The notes beneath the pieces were generated by a model. It was not told where the DNA came from. It made no database searches and was given only the letters and a program-made list of their open reading frames with translations. Below, piece after piece: positions 1 to 34,690 of a DNA stretch of 64,000 nt; positions within the stretch are counted from its first letter, which is position 1; each line of letters starts with the position of its first letter. The stretch is from Ranitomeya imitator (lineage: Eukaryota), in contig NC_091283.1 in assembly GCF_032444005.1 (NCBI RefSeq), positions 830,242,001 through 830,306,000 on the forward strand. Reading direction: 5' to 3'. The position numbers and the translations under genes were made by a program.

Positions 1-815
1 TCCTGTTTCAATGAGCAAATGAGAATAAGGATGATCCCTCTACACTGTGACAGCCCTTCAGATATTTGTAGACCGCTATTAAGTCTCCTCTTTGCCTTCT
101 TTTTTGCAATCAAAACATTGCCAGATTCTTTAACCGTTCCTTGTAGGACACACTTTGCAGTCCGCTCACCATCCTGGTAGCTCTTCTCTGATCTTGCTCC
201 AGTTTTTCAATGTCCTTTTTTTTTTTTTTTTTTTAAATGTTGTGCCCAGAACTGGACACAGTGTTCCAGATGAGGCCTGACCAAGGAGAAGTAGAGGGGG
301 ATAATTACTTCAGGTGGTCTAGACTTTACGCTTCTTTTAATAGATCCCAGAACTGTTTGCTTTTTTGCTGCTGCATCACACTGTTGACTCATTTACAGTC
401 TGTGATCTATTAGTATACCCAAGTCTCTTTACACATGCTGTTGCTTAGTTCTAGTCCTCCCATTCTGTAGTTGTAATTTTTGTTTTTCTTGTCCGCATGT
501 AGAATATTGCATTTCTCCCAGTTAAATACCATTCTATTAGTCTCTGGCTATTGGTCAAGCTTATCTAAGATCCTTCTGAATCTTTTCTCTGTCTTCTAGG
601 AGGGATAGTTAACACTAGAGCTTCTGTATCGACTGCAGATTTGATGAATTTACCTTTGGTTCCCTTATCTAGATCATTTATAAAAATGTTTAACAGCACT
701 GGGGCCAGGACAGAGCCTTGTGGTACCCCACTTAAAACACTCTTCCGATTAGATGTGCAACCATTTCTGACCACTCTTTGAGTACAATCACTGAGCCAGT
801 TATGAATCCACCTAA
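1..815 (-). mobile_element. CR1-clade LINE remnant (RT region)
   Basis: SGVPQGSVLAPVLLNIFINDLD and PLYFSLVRPHLEHCVQFWA fragments. Confidence 0.85.
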
Positions 816-845
816 CCTTAGGCTTCTGTCTTCTGTGTCTTGCAG

Positions 846-24142
<23,297 letters not shown>

Positions 24143-27100
24143 AGACTATTCCTGTGGAAAGAAAAATAAGCTACCAGATCAGATTGCATCATGGTTAATC
24201 GTGCAAGATGGCGGCCGGTTTGCCGACAGGTCGCCTGGACTCTTCCTATGCATAAAACAACGTGACGAGTGGACGGCTTTAAAAAAAAAAAAAAAAAATT
24301 AGAAAAAAAGTTTTCACGGGAAATGTCTGTAAATTTTCTGTTGGTCGTTTGCATGGGCGCTCACCCTCGGGGCGGCACGGCCTCCATGACGCGCCTGGTT
24401 TGTTTTTGTCATTCTGATTTCATGTCCTGATATTTGGTTGCCTTCTCCCGATTGTTGGCGGATGTCACTGGATCTCTTTTTTTCTTCCTCCCTGGAGAAA
24501 TCCACGTTGCCAATACTTTTTTTTTAAATTTGCTTTCTGTAAGCCGGAGTGAAGGTGACGATATTGATAGCACTTGGTATATGGGAGGGTAGGACACAAG
24601 TGCCCAGCATGTGAATACGACGGAGCCTCCACATTTCAGAGGAAGAAGGGGGCCTAAGACGAGCTAAGGAGGCTTACAACGCGGAGAAGCGGAGCCTTTC
24701 TGTAAATGTTCCTGTAGAGATCTGTATGTACAGTCTGTGATTACCACGTTATGTCTTTTGTACATTATACTTTTTTGTTTCTTTTTACAAGTTCTGATCC
24801 GGCATGGTTCACGAAATACGATATGGTAAAACACGCATAAGTGCTTCAACTGCACCGTCTTGTTTTTTTTTTTCCCCCTCTTTCCACGGCTCATCCTGGT
24901 TTTCACATTTCAGTTTAGGATTCTGAAAATTTTAGGCATGGGGACACATGCTATAATGGTGCCATTTGCTTATCCCATTCATTCCTGCTTTTACACCCTG
25001 GGCCGCTCACAGACTGATATGTAAAGAGTTAGAAAAGCACTTGCGATACTTTCTGTACATTAACATTGTCTCTACGCATGCAAGGCAATGAGGACACACC
25101 GGGGGAAGAAGTAATGTCGGTAAATCACCTGACCCTCCGACTTTAGATGTGACATCTGTGGGCGATCATAGGCAGCAGGGGCTCAGAGCCGGGATGCTGC
25201 AGTCATCACGCTGGTCGGTCTTTAGACAGATTTCCCAGGAGAAGTGGCTGACGTGAGCGCTTACATTCATGCCGACTTTCATCAATGGGGAGTGGTGTTT
25301 TTTTGTTGGTGCTTTTATAGCGTATTTTTTGGACGCACATTATATTACCAAACACTTTTTCAAAAGTTCAAAGTGAATTCAAGAGGCACAGTAAACAATC
25401 GGCTCTACTTTTAAAGGGACAATCTGGGCTTTTTAATGTATGGTCTGTCGTTAGGATAACAAATGGTGCCCGTTTCTGGTACGGCAGATCGTTCCTGTTC
25501 AGGCCATAATCTACAAATCCCTTTGATAATCTGCACACTGTAGTGATGTACGGTAGAGTCATGACTCCTTTCATTTTCTAGCAGGGAAGCCTTGCATGAG
25601 TCCTTTCACCATTCATAGCCACGCAGGTCCTTAGTCCGTGGCTGCTGGAGAAGACCACCGAAAGCTTCAATCTGAAGGAGCTTCTTTTGATTAGTCAGCC
25701 CCTCGCTATGTCATAAGGACGTCACGGGACGTACTAAGGGGAAGCAGGTCGGAGGATAATCGCAGGGCCGGCAGTGGCTTCTGACCCAGGGTCCTGCGAG
25801 TCTTTTTGCCCACCTCTATTTGCGACCTATTGGTATGGGGAGGTCTGAGCACAAATTTCTATCCTCCGTCTGTGCTTATGAAGTAGGTGCTGAGTTTTGT
25901 CTCCATTAGCGTGTCTGTTCCTTATGCTCATATTGCCTTTATTTTGGATTTTTTTCCTCCCCCTTTGCATGCTGTTGGCTGGTAGCGCTGTTAGGCCATC
26001 TGTGGACTCTGGGTGTGAGGGCTATGACCACGTTTGTGACCAGGCATGTATAATTACTGCGAATGCTGTGTCTATAATATGAACCTTTATTATAAAGAAC
26101 AAACATTTTCTCTTACATCGACCTCAGACCTTGGAGTGGTTTTTATTTTTTCTGAACAGGTGTGATCCAGTGCGATAAAACTGAGAGTAGCGGCAGGTTC
26201 AACCAAAACGCAGCCATGATCCTAGGTCTCGAGAAGGCTTCACTTAACCCTCAGATGTCCACAGAGCTTTTAAATGGTTACCGTCATTTTAGCAAACTTG
26301 CATCAGTCAGTAGTACTTTTGTTATCTATCTTATCATCAGGGAAATCTTCTGCTTTCCCCATGTATGAGCCATTTCTTCTCCCCTTGCCTATTTCTCATC
26401 GTTCCCTATGAAACTCAGCTAAAATCTGTCTTGGTCGAAACAAGATGGACTGTTAGTTTAGGGAGGGATTGGATTACAGCTGCCGATAGAAGTCTTTCAA
26501 GAGGGAAGAAAAGAGGAGGCGCACAGATTGGTGCTACTTTCTAATTAAGATTTTAGCTCACCTCCCAGAGCTGGAGTCACAGCCACAAAGCTCAGTACTG
26601 CTGTTATAACATCCTTTATGCTGTCTCTGCTACAAAGACAGGTGCGCAGGAACAGTTTGTGTCTGTGTATGGGAGATGACATGGCAGATAGTCCCCATCC
26701 ACCTTCTCAGACAACTGGAAATTGCAGAATACAAGTCATATATTGGCCTCCAGAAATGGGGACGCATGGTCACCAGTGGAAGCAGTGAAGAAATGGTTTC
26801 CAAATTTTGGGTCTATAAAAGCCTTTTTTTTTTTTTATGCGGGCAGCCAACCTGACCGAACTAAAATACCGGTCTGCGTCTGAAACTAGATTTCCCATGG
26901 TCATCTCCCCAGCTCAATCGCTTTTGATACAAGACGTACAGATTTTGGCCGGACCAGTTGACTAATGCATCTGATGGACCAAGAACAAAAGGGACATTTT
27001 GGATTTTAATATTCTTGATCCTGTGGCTCCAGACGTCTGGCAGTGGCTCATTCCCTTCTACTCCTTCAGTGAGACGTGCCTCTCCGAGTCTATGGGGGGG

Positions 27101-27859
27101 ATGAGGAGGAATAGCGGTCAGTCCAATGTGTATAACCTCCCCATAAAAGACTATAAACACTATAGCGCTAAAATCGTAAAGTGTCGGGGAATATATAGGC
27201 GCTATAGAAATGAACAAAAATACTAATAAAATTGCTCATTTGCTCCATTAATGCAAAGTAAGGCTTTTTTTTTTTAAACCAGTTTTCATTAAAAACCTCT
27301 TACAATAAAGTCTGTAATGTGCGTCCATCGCCGGCTGCGCTGCTGCTTTCGATCTCCCTGCACACTGCTGCTGCTGCTGCTGCCCACTTTGGGCCGGGTT
27401 AATCACTTTGGGTTTTTTTGTTTTTTTTGAGACACTTTAGCTAGAATTGCATTTTCGGCTAAAACATCACAAAATTCTGTGCATAAAATGTCAGGTTATA
27501 AAAACGGACATTAGTGCAAAAAGTAGCAAAAACAGTTACAGACCAAAATAATAACGTAAATTCGCCGCCGCCGTTCACCCCTAAGCTGGAGCTGTCACCA
27601 ATGCGCGTGTGCGGCAGCTCCCGTCAGGCCCCAGCGCCGTGATCACCCCCCACACTCATCGCTGCGCCCGCAAACGTCCAATCTATTGAAGTGTGAAATT
27701 AACCTGTTCCAAAAACAGAAAAAAAAAATATTCAAAGTGTTTGTTTTCCCATCGCTGCAGCTGCATAAAAAAAAAAACAAAAAAAAAACCAAGAAGTTTA
27801 ATTAGCCCAAGATGGCATAAAAAAAAGTTACAGGATGTTGAGAGAGGAAAATAAGAAAG

Positions 27860-28150
27860 TGCAAGAATAGGAGGGGTTAATATTTACGTCACGGGTGCGC
27901 AGCGCTGAAATCCTCCTCCTGTGATCTGACGTCACGAGGTGTCCGGCCGTCGTGTGAGGTGCAAGTGACGTCACTCCTATCCGTCTCAGGGCGACGTCGC
28001 GACGCCTAGCTGCTACGTTCAGGGCGCGTGCTGCGCGTGACGTCAGGGGGGCAGCTGGCTCCTCCTTTTCCGGTCCTGTACAGGAAGTGCTTTTCGTGCG
28101 TCCCCACGTGTGTGTGATCATTCCCGGGACGCGGCGGCAGCAGCAGCATC
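27860..28150 (+). promoter_or_regulatory. NPM3 CpG-rich promoter and 5' UTR with clustered CRE, ETS and E-box motifs
   Basis: TGACGTCA at 27927, 27966 and 28038; TTACGTCA at 27884; CAGGAAGTG at 28081; CACGTG at 28105; CpG-dense and directly upstream of the ATG. Confidence 0.7.
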
Positions 28151-28217
28151 ATGACCACCTACCTGTCCGAGGCGCAGGAGGACCGGCTGAGCGCCGCCAT
28201 GGAGAGCTACATGTTCG
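28151..28217 (+). CDS. NPM3: NPM3 exon 1 coding part
   Basis: gcagcatcATGA start context; ends TTCG|gtgagt. Confidence 0.9.
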
Positions 28218-31200
28218 GTGAGTATGAGGAGGGGATGGACCCGATCTGCACTGGGAGTGGAGAGGAAAGAGCGATCACGGCTGTGCAGCACTACAAGTCC
28301 CAGCACATCAGGCCATGCGCTGGGTCTCACTCTTTACTCTCCGCTTTATATTTCTCCTCCTCACATTCCAGGTTTATTTGTCTTGTTTATGGTACTGCAC
28401 CAGGGCTTGGGGGTTTTTTTTGTGTTTTTTTTTTGTTCCCCCGAATAGGGACACTTTGCTACTGATGAGATGGATTTATTTATTTTTTTATTTATATACA
28501 GTAAGTGTTACAGAGAACCCTATAATAATAATACACTGGTTTTGTTTTTTTTACCTATTTAGACACAATAGGATTTCTGCTCATTTTGTTTCTTTAAGGT
28601 TTTGTCTGTGTAATGGCCGTACTCTCAGTTTGTGTGTAATCCTAGAATGTTAGACCTATAAGGGTCCTCTGGGGTCTTCAGGTCCAACCCCCTGCTCAAC
28701 GCAGGATTCACTAAACCATTGCAGATGTCTGTCCAGCCTCTGTGTGAAGACCTCCATTGAAGGAGAACTCACCACCTCTTATGGCCGCCTGTTCCACTCA
28801 TTGATCGTCCTCACTGTCAAAAAGTTTTTCTACTATCTAATCTGTATCTTCTCCCTTTCAGTTTCGTTCCGTTGCTTCTCGTGTTTCCATGTGCTAATGA
28901 GACTAATGATCCTTCACTAGACATTATTAGTCGCTGCCCACACTTCCTGTGTTAGATCCTTCTGTATCCTCTCTAGTATCACCTATCCCTCCTAGCTTTG
29001 TGTTATCAGCAGATGTAATCAGTGAACCCTCAATTCCTTCATCGAAATCATTGATAAAAGTATTGATCAGCACTGGGGCCAGGACAGAGCCCTGTGGTGC
29101 CCCACGTGAGACATTCTTCCAACTCCAACCATTTATGACCACTTTTTGGGTTTGTTCACTGAGCCAGTTAGAAATCCAACTAATAGATGCCTCGTCCATC
29201 CATGCTTAGCCATTCTTAAAATAATATATATATATATGTTTTGTTCAAATTTAGAGCTAGAAAACAAACCTTTTTAAAATAGTAAATCTTTATTAAATTG
29301 GTAAGAGTTATGCAGTACAAAGTTCACGGTGATCGGAACGGACACTTCCCCCTATTTTCAACTTGTCGAATGCTGCTGACAGGAGTGATGACGCCGTCTC
29401 TGAGGATGAACTGCTAGGATAGGAGTTGGCTCTGACCACAGCAGTCAGACTCTGGTGTCGGCTGTACAGCTCAGCTCCTGAGCCCCCTCCGAACATGTGG
29501 GCCCCAGCACTTGCCCAGGTTCCCTGGCTGTGTGACTGCTAATCTGACCAGTAACCGCCTTCCCAGGCTGAGCTCTGCAGGCCTCATACATCTCCTCTGT
29601 ATCCCACAGGCTGTGAGCTGTCATCTAAGACCTCCTACTACACCTTCAAGGTGGATGATGATGAAGACGACGACTACGAGCCCAACCTGTCCCTGAGCAC
29701 CGTAAGTCCTTTATGTAACCTCCACCAGTAGGGGGCAGCCTGAGGTCTTACACCAACCTGCTAGACGTGGTCGGGGCACGGGTCCATCATGACAAAAAAA
29801 AAAGTATGGAAACCGAGTGCTTTTGTTTTTGCGTAAAATTCTTGAACCTCTTGCACAAAAACGGTCACAAAATACAAGACAAAGAAAAACAAGTGATAAA
29901 TGGGGTATATAATATAATAACAATTACGGTAATCTTGTTTTATGCACGCCACAGAGGCGTTTTTGTGACATAGGAAAACTAAAATGCTCTCCAAGCCACT
30001 AGCAACCAATCACAGCTCTGCTTTCATTTCTTCTACTGCCCTGGTAAAATGAAAGCTGAGCTGTGATTGGTTGCTATGGGCCGTATAACCAGTTTCTTTT
30101 AGGTTGTGTGCACACGCTGCGGATCCGCAGCGGATTTGACTGCTGCGGATCCGCAGCAGTTTTCCCAAAGTTTACAGTACCATGTAAACCTATGGGGGGA
30201 AAAAACCCGCTGTGCACATGCTGCGGAAAAAGCCGCGTGGAAACGCTGCGGATTATTTTCCGCAGCATGTCAATTGTTTGTGCGGATTCCGCAGCAGTTT
30301 ACAACCAGCACCAATAGGAAAGTGCTGGTGAAAAACCGCAGAAGAAGCCGCAAGATAATCCACAGTGAAAACCGCAGTGGTTTTGCACTGCAGATTTTCC
30401 AAATCTGCTGCGGAAAAATCCGCAGCATGGGCACATACCGTTAGACAAAGTTGCCTGCTCTTGACAACCAATCAGAGCTGAGCTTTCAGTTTACCATAGC
30501 AGGTTAACAATTGAAAGCTGAGCTCTGATTGGTTGCTTCGGGCAGCAGTGTTTTTCTTTGTAAACAGTGTTGATAAATGAGGAAGCGTTGGCCATAAGAA
30601 TGATAGAACGGAAGTGAGTGGCACTTGTGTGTGGCCCTCAGGTTTATACCTCTTGGTGGCATTACTTTCATCTTTGTGTTCCTTACATCTCATAATTTGG
30701 TGCCATTTTGTAAATAGGAAGATCCTATGTGACTTCTTGTTTCTCATAGATCTGCCTTGGGGAAGGCGCCAAAGATGAATATAACATGGTGGAGGTCACG
30801 GCCCGTAATCAGAACGACGAGGAAATCACGGTGCCGATCGCTACCCTGAAACTGTCCTGTCAGACCATGGTGAGTGCAGGTATGGAGGGTGGTTCTGCCT
30901 GGCTTTACAGGTGTGTTTACTTCTGCACCTAAAAGGCCTGCCTATAACAAGCCCCACAGAGCTCCATTGACTGAAAAAAAAAAAAAAATAATAAGTCTCA
31001 GAAAATGGCAACAAAATCAAAGTTAAAAAAATCTTATTAAAAATATATTTTTATTGATATTTAGTAAATTTGCTGTCATCCTACAGACTTATACATTTTT
31101 TTTTCTTTTCCGATGTACTCTGTAAAACAACAAAAAAAATCCATGTATTTACTACTTCACCTCACTTGGATTTTTTTTCCATTTTTTTTTTTCACTACAG

Positions 31201-32666
31201 TTTAATGATAGTGAATGATAATAATAATCTTTATATATAGCGCTAACATATTCCGCAGCGCTTTACAGTTTTCACACATTATCATCACTGTCCCCGATGG
31301 GGCTCACAATCTAGAATTCCTATCAGTATGTCTTTGGAATGTGGGAGGAAACCGGAGAACCCGGAGGAAACCCACGCAAACACGGAGAGAACATACAAAC
31401 TCTTTTCAGATGTTGTCCTTGGTGGGATTTGAACCCAGGACTCCAGCGCTGTAAGGCTGCTGTGCTATCCACTGCACCACCGTGCTGCTATAAGTCTACA
31501 ACTCATTCCGTCAAAAAAAAAAAATAATCCCTCACACGTCTATGTGGATGGGAAAATAATAATGACCCTTGGAGGACGGGGAAGTAAAAGTGCAAAACAA
31601 GGAAAATCCTTTGATTTAGGGTCAAACGTGAGGGTGATTGTAAAATAAAGAAATGTGCTACTGTAATTGGGTTGGTGCTGATCGGTTTGGAGGACCCGGG
31701 CCGTTGCCCACGTAGGTAATCTGTGGCCTCTGGACAGGGGGCCTGAGGACCACCTCTTGTGTGATGGCTTAGCCGGCCTGGCACAAGGTCGTCATTGCAC
31801 ACGTGATGTCACGACAGGCTAAGCAACACTTCTGGCTAAATCTGATCCTTTTTTTTTTTTTTGCTTGTACTGTAACATGCTGTAATATCTTGTGTGAATT
31901 CACCCTCCGATAAGACATTTGACCTCCTGCATTTCCCTTAACATGCTTTTTTTTTTCTTTTTTTTTTTTTTTTGCACAGATCAATCTGGATAACTTTGTG
32001 CTTCAGCCTCCAGTAACATTTCGACTCAGGTCTGGCTCTGGCCCCGTTCAGCTCTCCGGACAAGTCATAGTCGGTAATAGCAAATTTTATTATTGTGCAG
32101 AATAACAGGTGACAAAATTCAATGAAATCCTCAATAGTGCGGCCCGAAAATGTAGGTGAAGTGAGCTGGGAATGGATCGTATGGTACGAGACGTTCCCGC
32201 TATATGTGTTGGCTCACTTGAAGCCTACATACATGCCCATATAACGTTGGTGACTCCGGGGTGGTGCCAGCCCCAATGTTTTGCGTTTGAACTTTTGTTT
32301 GTAAAATAAAGCGGATCCATAAATCTTCAGCGCCGAATTGAGATGTCTCTGCTCTTCCTGTTCCAGTCAATACAGCAAAGCTGACAAGTGAAGTGCAGAT
32401 ATCAGGAAATTTTCAGCTCAAGTGAAAACTGCAATATATCAAGATTTGTTTAAGACGCGTAGTCGCATCAAATGAAGAAAAATGTATTAACGTGATTATC
32501 GGCTGCTTTTAATTGTTCTTTATGTATTTTCTTTGCAGCATCCACAGACTTAGATTATGATGAAGAGGATGATGATGAGGATGATGAAGATGAGGACGAC
32601 GACGAGGATGATGAGGAAGAGTTGGCTCCCATTAAACCGGCAAACAAAAAAATGAGACACTGCTGA
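28151..32666 (+). CDS. NPM3: Nucleoplasmin-3 (NPM3/NO29), complete: join(28151..28217,29610..29701,30750..30869,31980..32073,32539..32666), 166 aa
   Basis: Five exons with canonical splice sites sum to 501 nt. They give MTTYLS...ESYMFGCELSSKTSYYTFKV...ICLGEGAKDEYNMVEV...LKLSCQTM INLDNFVLQPPVTFRLRSGSGPV plus an acidic tract and IKPANKK. This is a nucleoplasmin core, and the gene is adjacent to OGA as in other vertebrates. Confidence 0.95.
28625..29215 (-). mobile_element. CR1 remnant in NPM3 intron 1
   Basis: WISNWL...GAPQGSVLAPVLINTFINDFD...SADNTKLGG plus CR1-type 3' end sequence. Confidence 0.82.
29610..29701 (+). CDS. NPM3: NPM3 exon 2
   Basis: ccacag|GCTGTGAG...AGCACC|gtaagt; encodes GCELSSKTSYYTFKVDDDEDDDYEPNLSLST. 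Confidence 0.93.
30101..30445. mobile_element. MITE with terminal inverted repeats and many GCTGCGGA/TCCGCAGC motifs
   Basis: Ends GGTTGTGTGCACACGCTGCGGA and TCCGCAGCATGGGCACATACC; non-coding. Confidence 0.65.
30750..30869 (+). CDS. NPM3: NPM3 exon 3
   Basis: tcatag|ATCTGC...ACCATG|gtgagt; encodes ICLGEGAKDEYNMVEVTARNQNDEEITVPIATLKLSCQTM. Confidence 0.94.
31216..31488 (-). mobile_element. tRNA-derived SINE (V-SINE-like) in NPM3 intron 3
   Basis: On the minus strand: A box TGGTGCAGTGG, B box GGTTCAAATCC, central TGCGTGGGTTTCCTCC core and (ATT)n tail. Confidence 0.82.
31980..32073 (+). CDS. NPM3: NPM3 exon 4
   Basis: long T tract-gcacag|ATCAAT...GTCG|gtaata; encodes INLDNFVLQPPVTFRLRSGSGPVQLSGQVIV. 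Confidence 0.94.
32539..32666 (+). CDS. NPM3: NPM3 exon 5 (acidic tract, basic tail, stop)
   Basis: tttgcag|CATCCACA...TGCTGA; 21 consecutive D/E residues, then LAPIKPANKKMRHC*. Confidence 0.9.
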
Positions 32667-33141
32667 AATGTTTTCAGCTCCCTGGAAGTTGTGCCTGTTC
32701 CATTTTGGGACGTCTCGTACATATTGCGTGTAGTTAGACCCCCCAGGTGATTTTAGGTTTTGCCCACCCGGTTTCTGAAATTTATCCAATCTGGGTTAAG
32801 GGTTTTATAAATTCACTATTTTCTTATCCTCTGTGTCCTAAAAGTCACATTAGTGGAAGACCCCCAGCGATCTGCAGAAAGGGCCAGTCCTGCTGGTTGC
32901 CCCCACTGGTGATGTCCTTTTGTTGGCTTCACTACTGATGGGACTTTTTATGACGTCTGCAGGACAGTTTTCAGATGAACATATTTCCCTTCTGGCTGAC
33001 GTGGAGCATTTCACACGAGACAAAACCGTGCTTTTTACAATCAATAGGTTTATTTTTGTATCGGAGATTTGATGTTGGAGACCGTTTATTTTTTTGTAGT
33101 TTACTGGGAAGGAAAGTGTTAAGGGTGAAGTTGAAATGCTA

Positions 33142-33147
33142 AATAAA
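33142..33147 (+). terminator. Probable NPM3 polyadenylation signal (AATAAA)
   Basis: First AATAAA about 480 nt after the stop codon, followed by T-rich sequence. It sits beside a genomic A-run, so it is not certain. Confidence 0.55.
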
Positions 33148-34690
33148 AAAAAAAAAATTAAACCTTTTTTTTTAGTTGATCCTGGAGAAGCAAAAACATG
33201 AGATTTGTTCTTTTGTGGCCGTATCCTTGGCGTAGGTCATCAATATCGGTAGGCTCGGACTTCCAGTACCCCCACCATAAACTTTTACTCTCTAGTAGTG
33301 GCCAAATGTGAACAGCGGTCAACAGCACAACTTTTTCACCATGTAGTATTCGCTCTGTGGCGCTGCAGTTTTTGTTGGAAGTGAATAGGGGCTGAGCTGC
33401 TGTACCCAGAAACGACCACTAGATGGCGAACAGAGCTGCACTTTGTGCCGTTCATTCATCCGCTGGTGCGGAGAACTTCTGATCGGCAGGTGTACAACGC
33501 ATCGGACCCCCCCGCCTATCTGATATTGATGACCATTCCGAAGAATAAGTCATCAATATCATAAGTCTGGAGAACCCCTTTCATGACCCGTTCAAAGCTG
33601 CCCACTTTGTATCAAGGCACTTGGAAGTATATTCTGTTTTCCTGTGCGGTCAGGACCCTGTTCAAGCTGTTTGTTTAGCCCTTGTTACTCTGGACATTAC
33701 CATCGATTCTGGTGCTTGGCTCTGTTTTTATGGAGAAACCAATATGTTTAAAAAAAATAAAAAATGGTGATGCAACTATTTTTGAATTTTTTATTCTCCC
33801 CCCCCCCCCCCCGTACCAAATTAATAATAATTGATTGCGAAGGGGCATTATTTGCATTGAGCAGCGTCCGATGTTGCAGACGCTTCGGTCAGCAGAGGAG
33901 CTGGATCCAGAAAACTGTTTCAAAATTCTATTTTTTTTAAGATAATTTTTTTTAATATTGGCAAAATTGTTCAATGCAATAAAGAATTGAATAAAAAGAA
34001 TAAAGTGTTTTGACGGCTGCTGTGACTTTGTCTGCTCTTTAAACTTCCTCTTAAGTCCTCTTTCCATTCCATGTTAGGACTTGATAATATTTGGAGTAAT
34101 GGTATACCGTATATTGCAGCTCTGGCTCAGTTTGTCATTTTTGGTCTAGGAAACCTAAAAACTATACAATAAATGGATCCAAGTTTTAAACAGAATCTGT
34201 CTCTAACAATTATTCTGTAGATATGGGGGTGTAATGGTGCATGGCTGCGGTACTGAAAGCGGCTTCTGGGAGAAAATTCACTTTATTCGTCCTAGGGATC
34301 GACCCTTACCATATGCGCCGTACACTGTATAGTGGCCGACCCTGGTATTGCAGTTTAGGTCCTATTCACTTTTCATACATGGCAACTTCGGTAGGTGGAG
34401 GTGTGGCCGTAGGACCCAAAAGTGTTATCCAACCTGTTTAAAAAAAAAAAAAAAAATGCTCCATAATTATTTCATGAAAAGGTTTTGTTTTTTTTTGCTC
34501 TTTGTTTTCTACTTTGTGTGCACAGTACTAGGATGACAATTGTAGGTCTCTAGAGATCAAAGTTTCGATTGAGAGAATCTGCAGGAAAGCTGCAATGTAC
34601 TAGATGGAGAAAAGTATGTGTCCCCCCCCCACCCCCTTGTATTCTGCTTGCAGGAGCTTTTCTGACCCCCCCCCCCCCCCCCCCCATTCT

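Noticed and set aside
24143-26150. OGA 3' UTR end and poly(A) site
   Set aside because: No unambiguous AATAAA identified (only a TATAAA-like variant near 26090), so the transcript end was not called.
31420-31488. Possible tRNA gene (A and B boxes)
   Set aside because: It is the head of a SINE with core and (ATT)n tail; I could not see a full cloverleaf.
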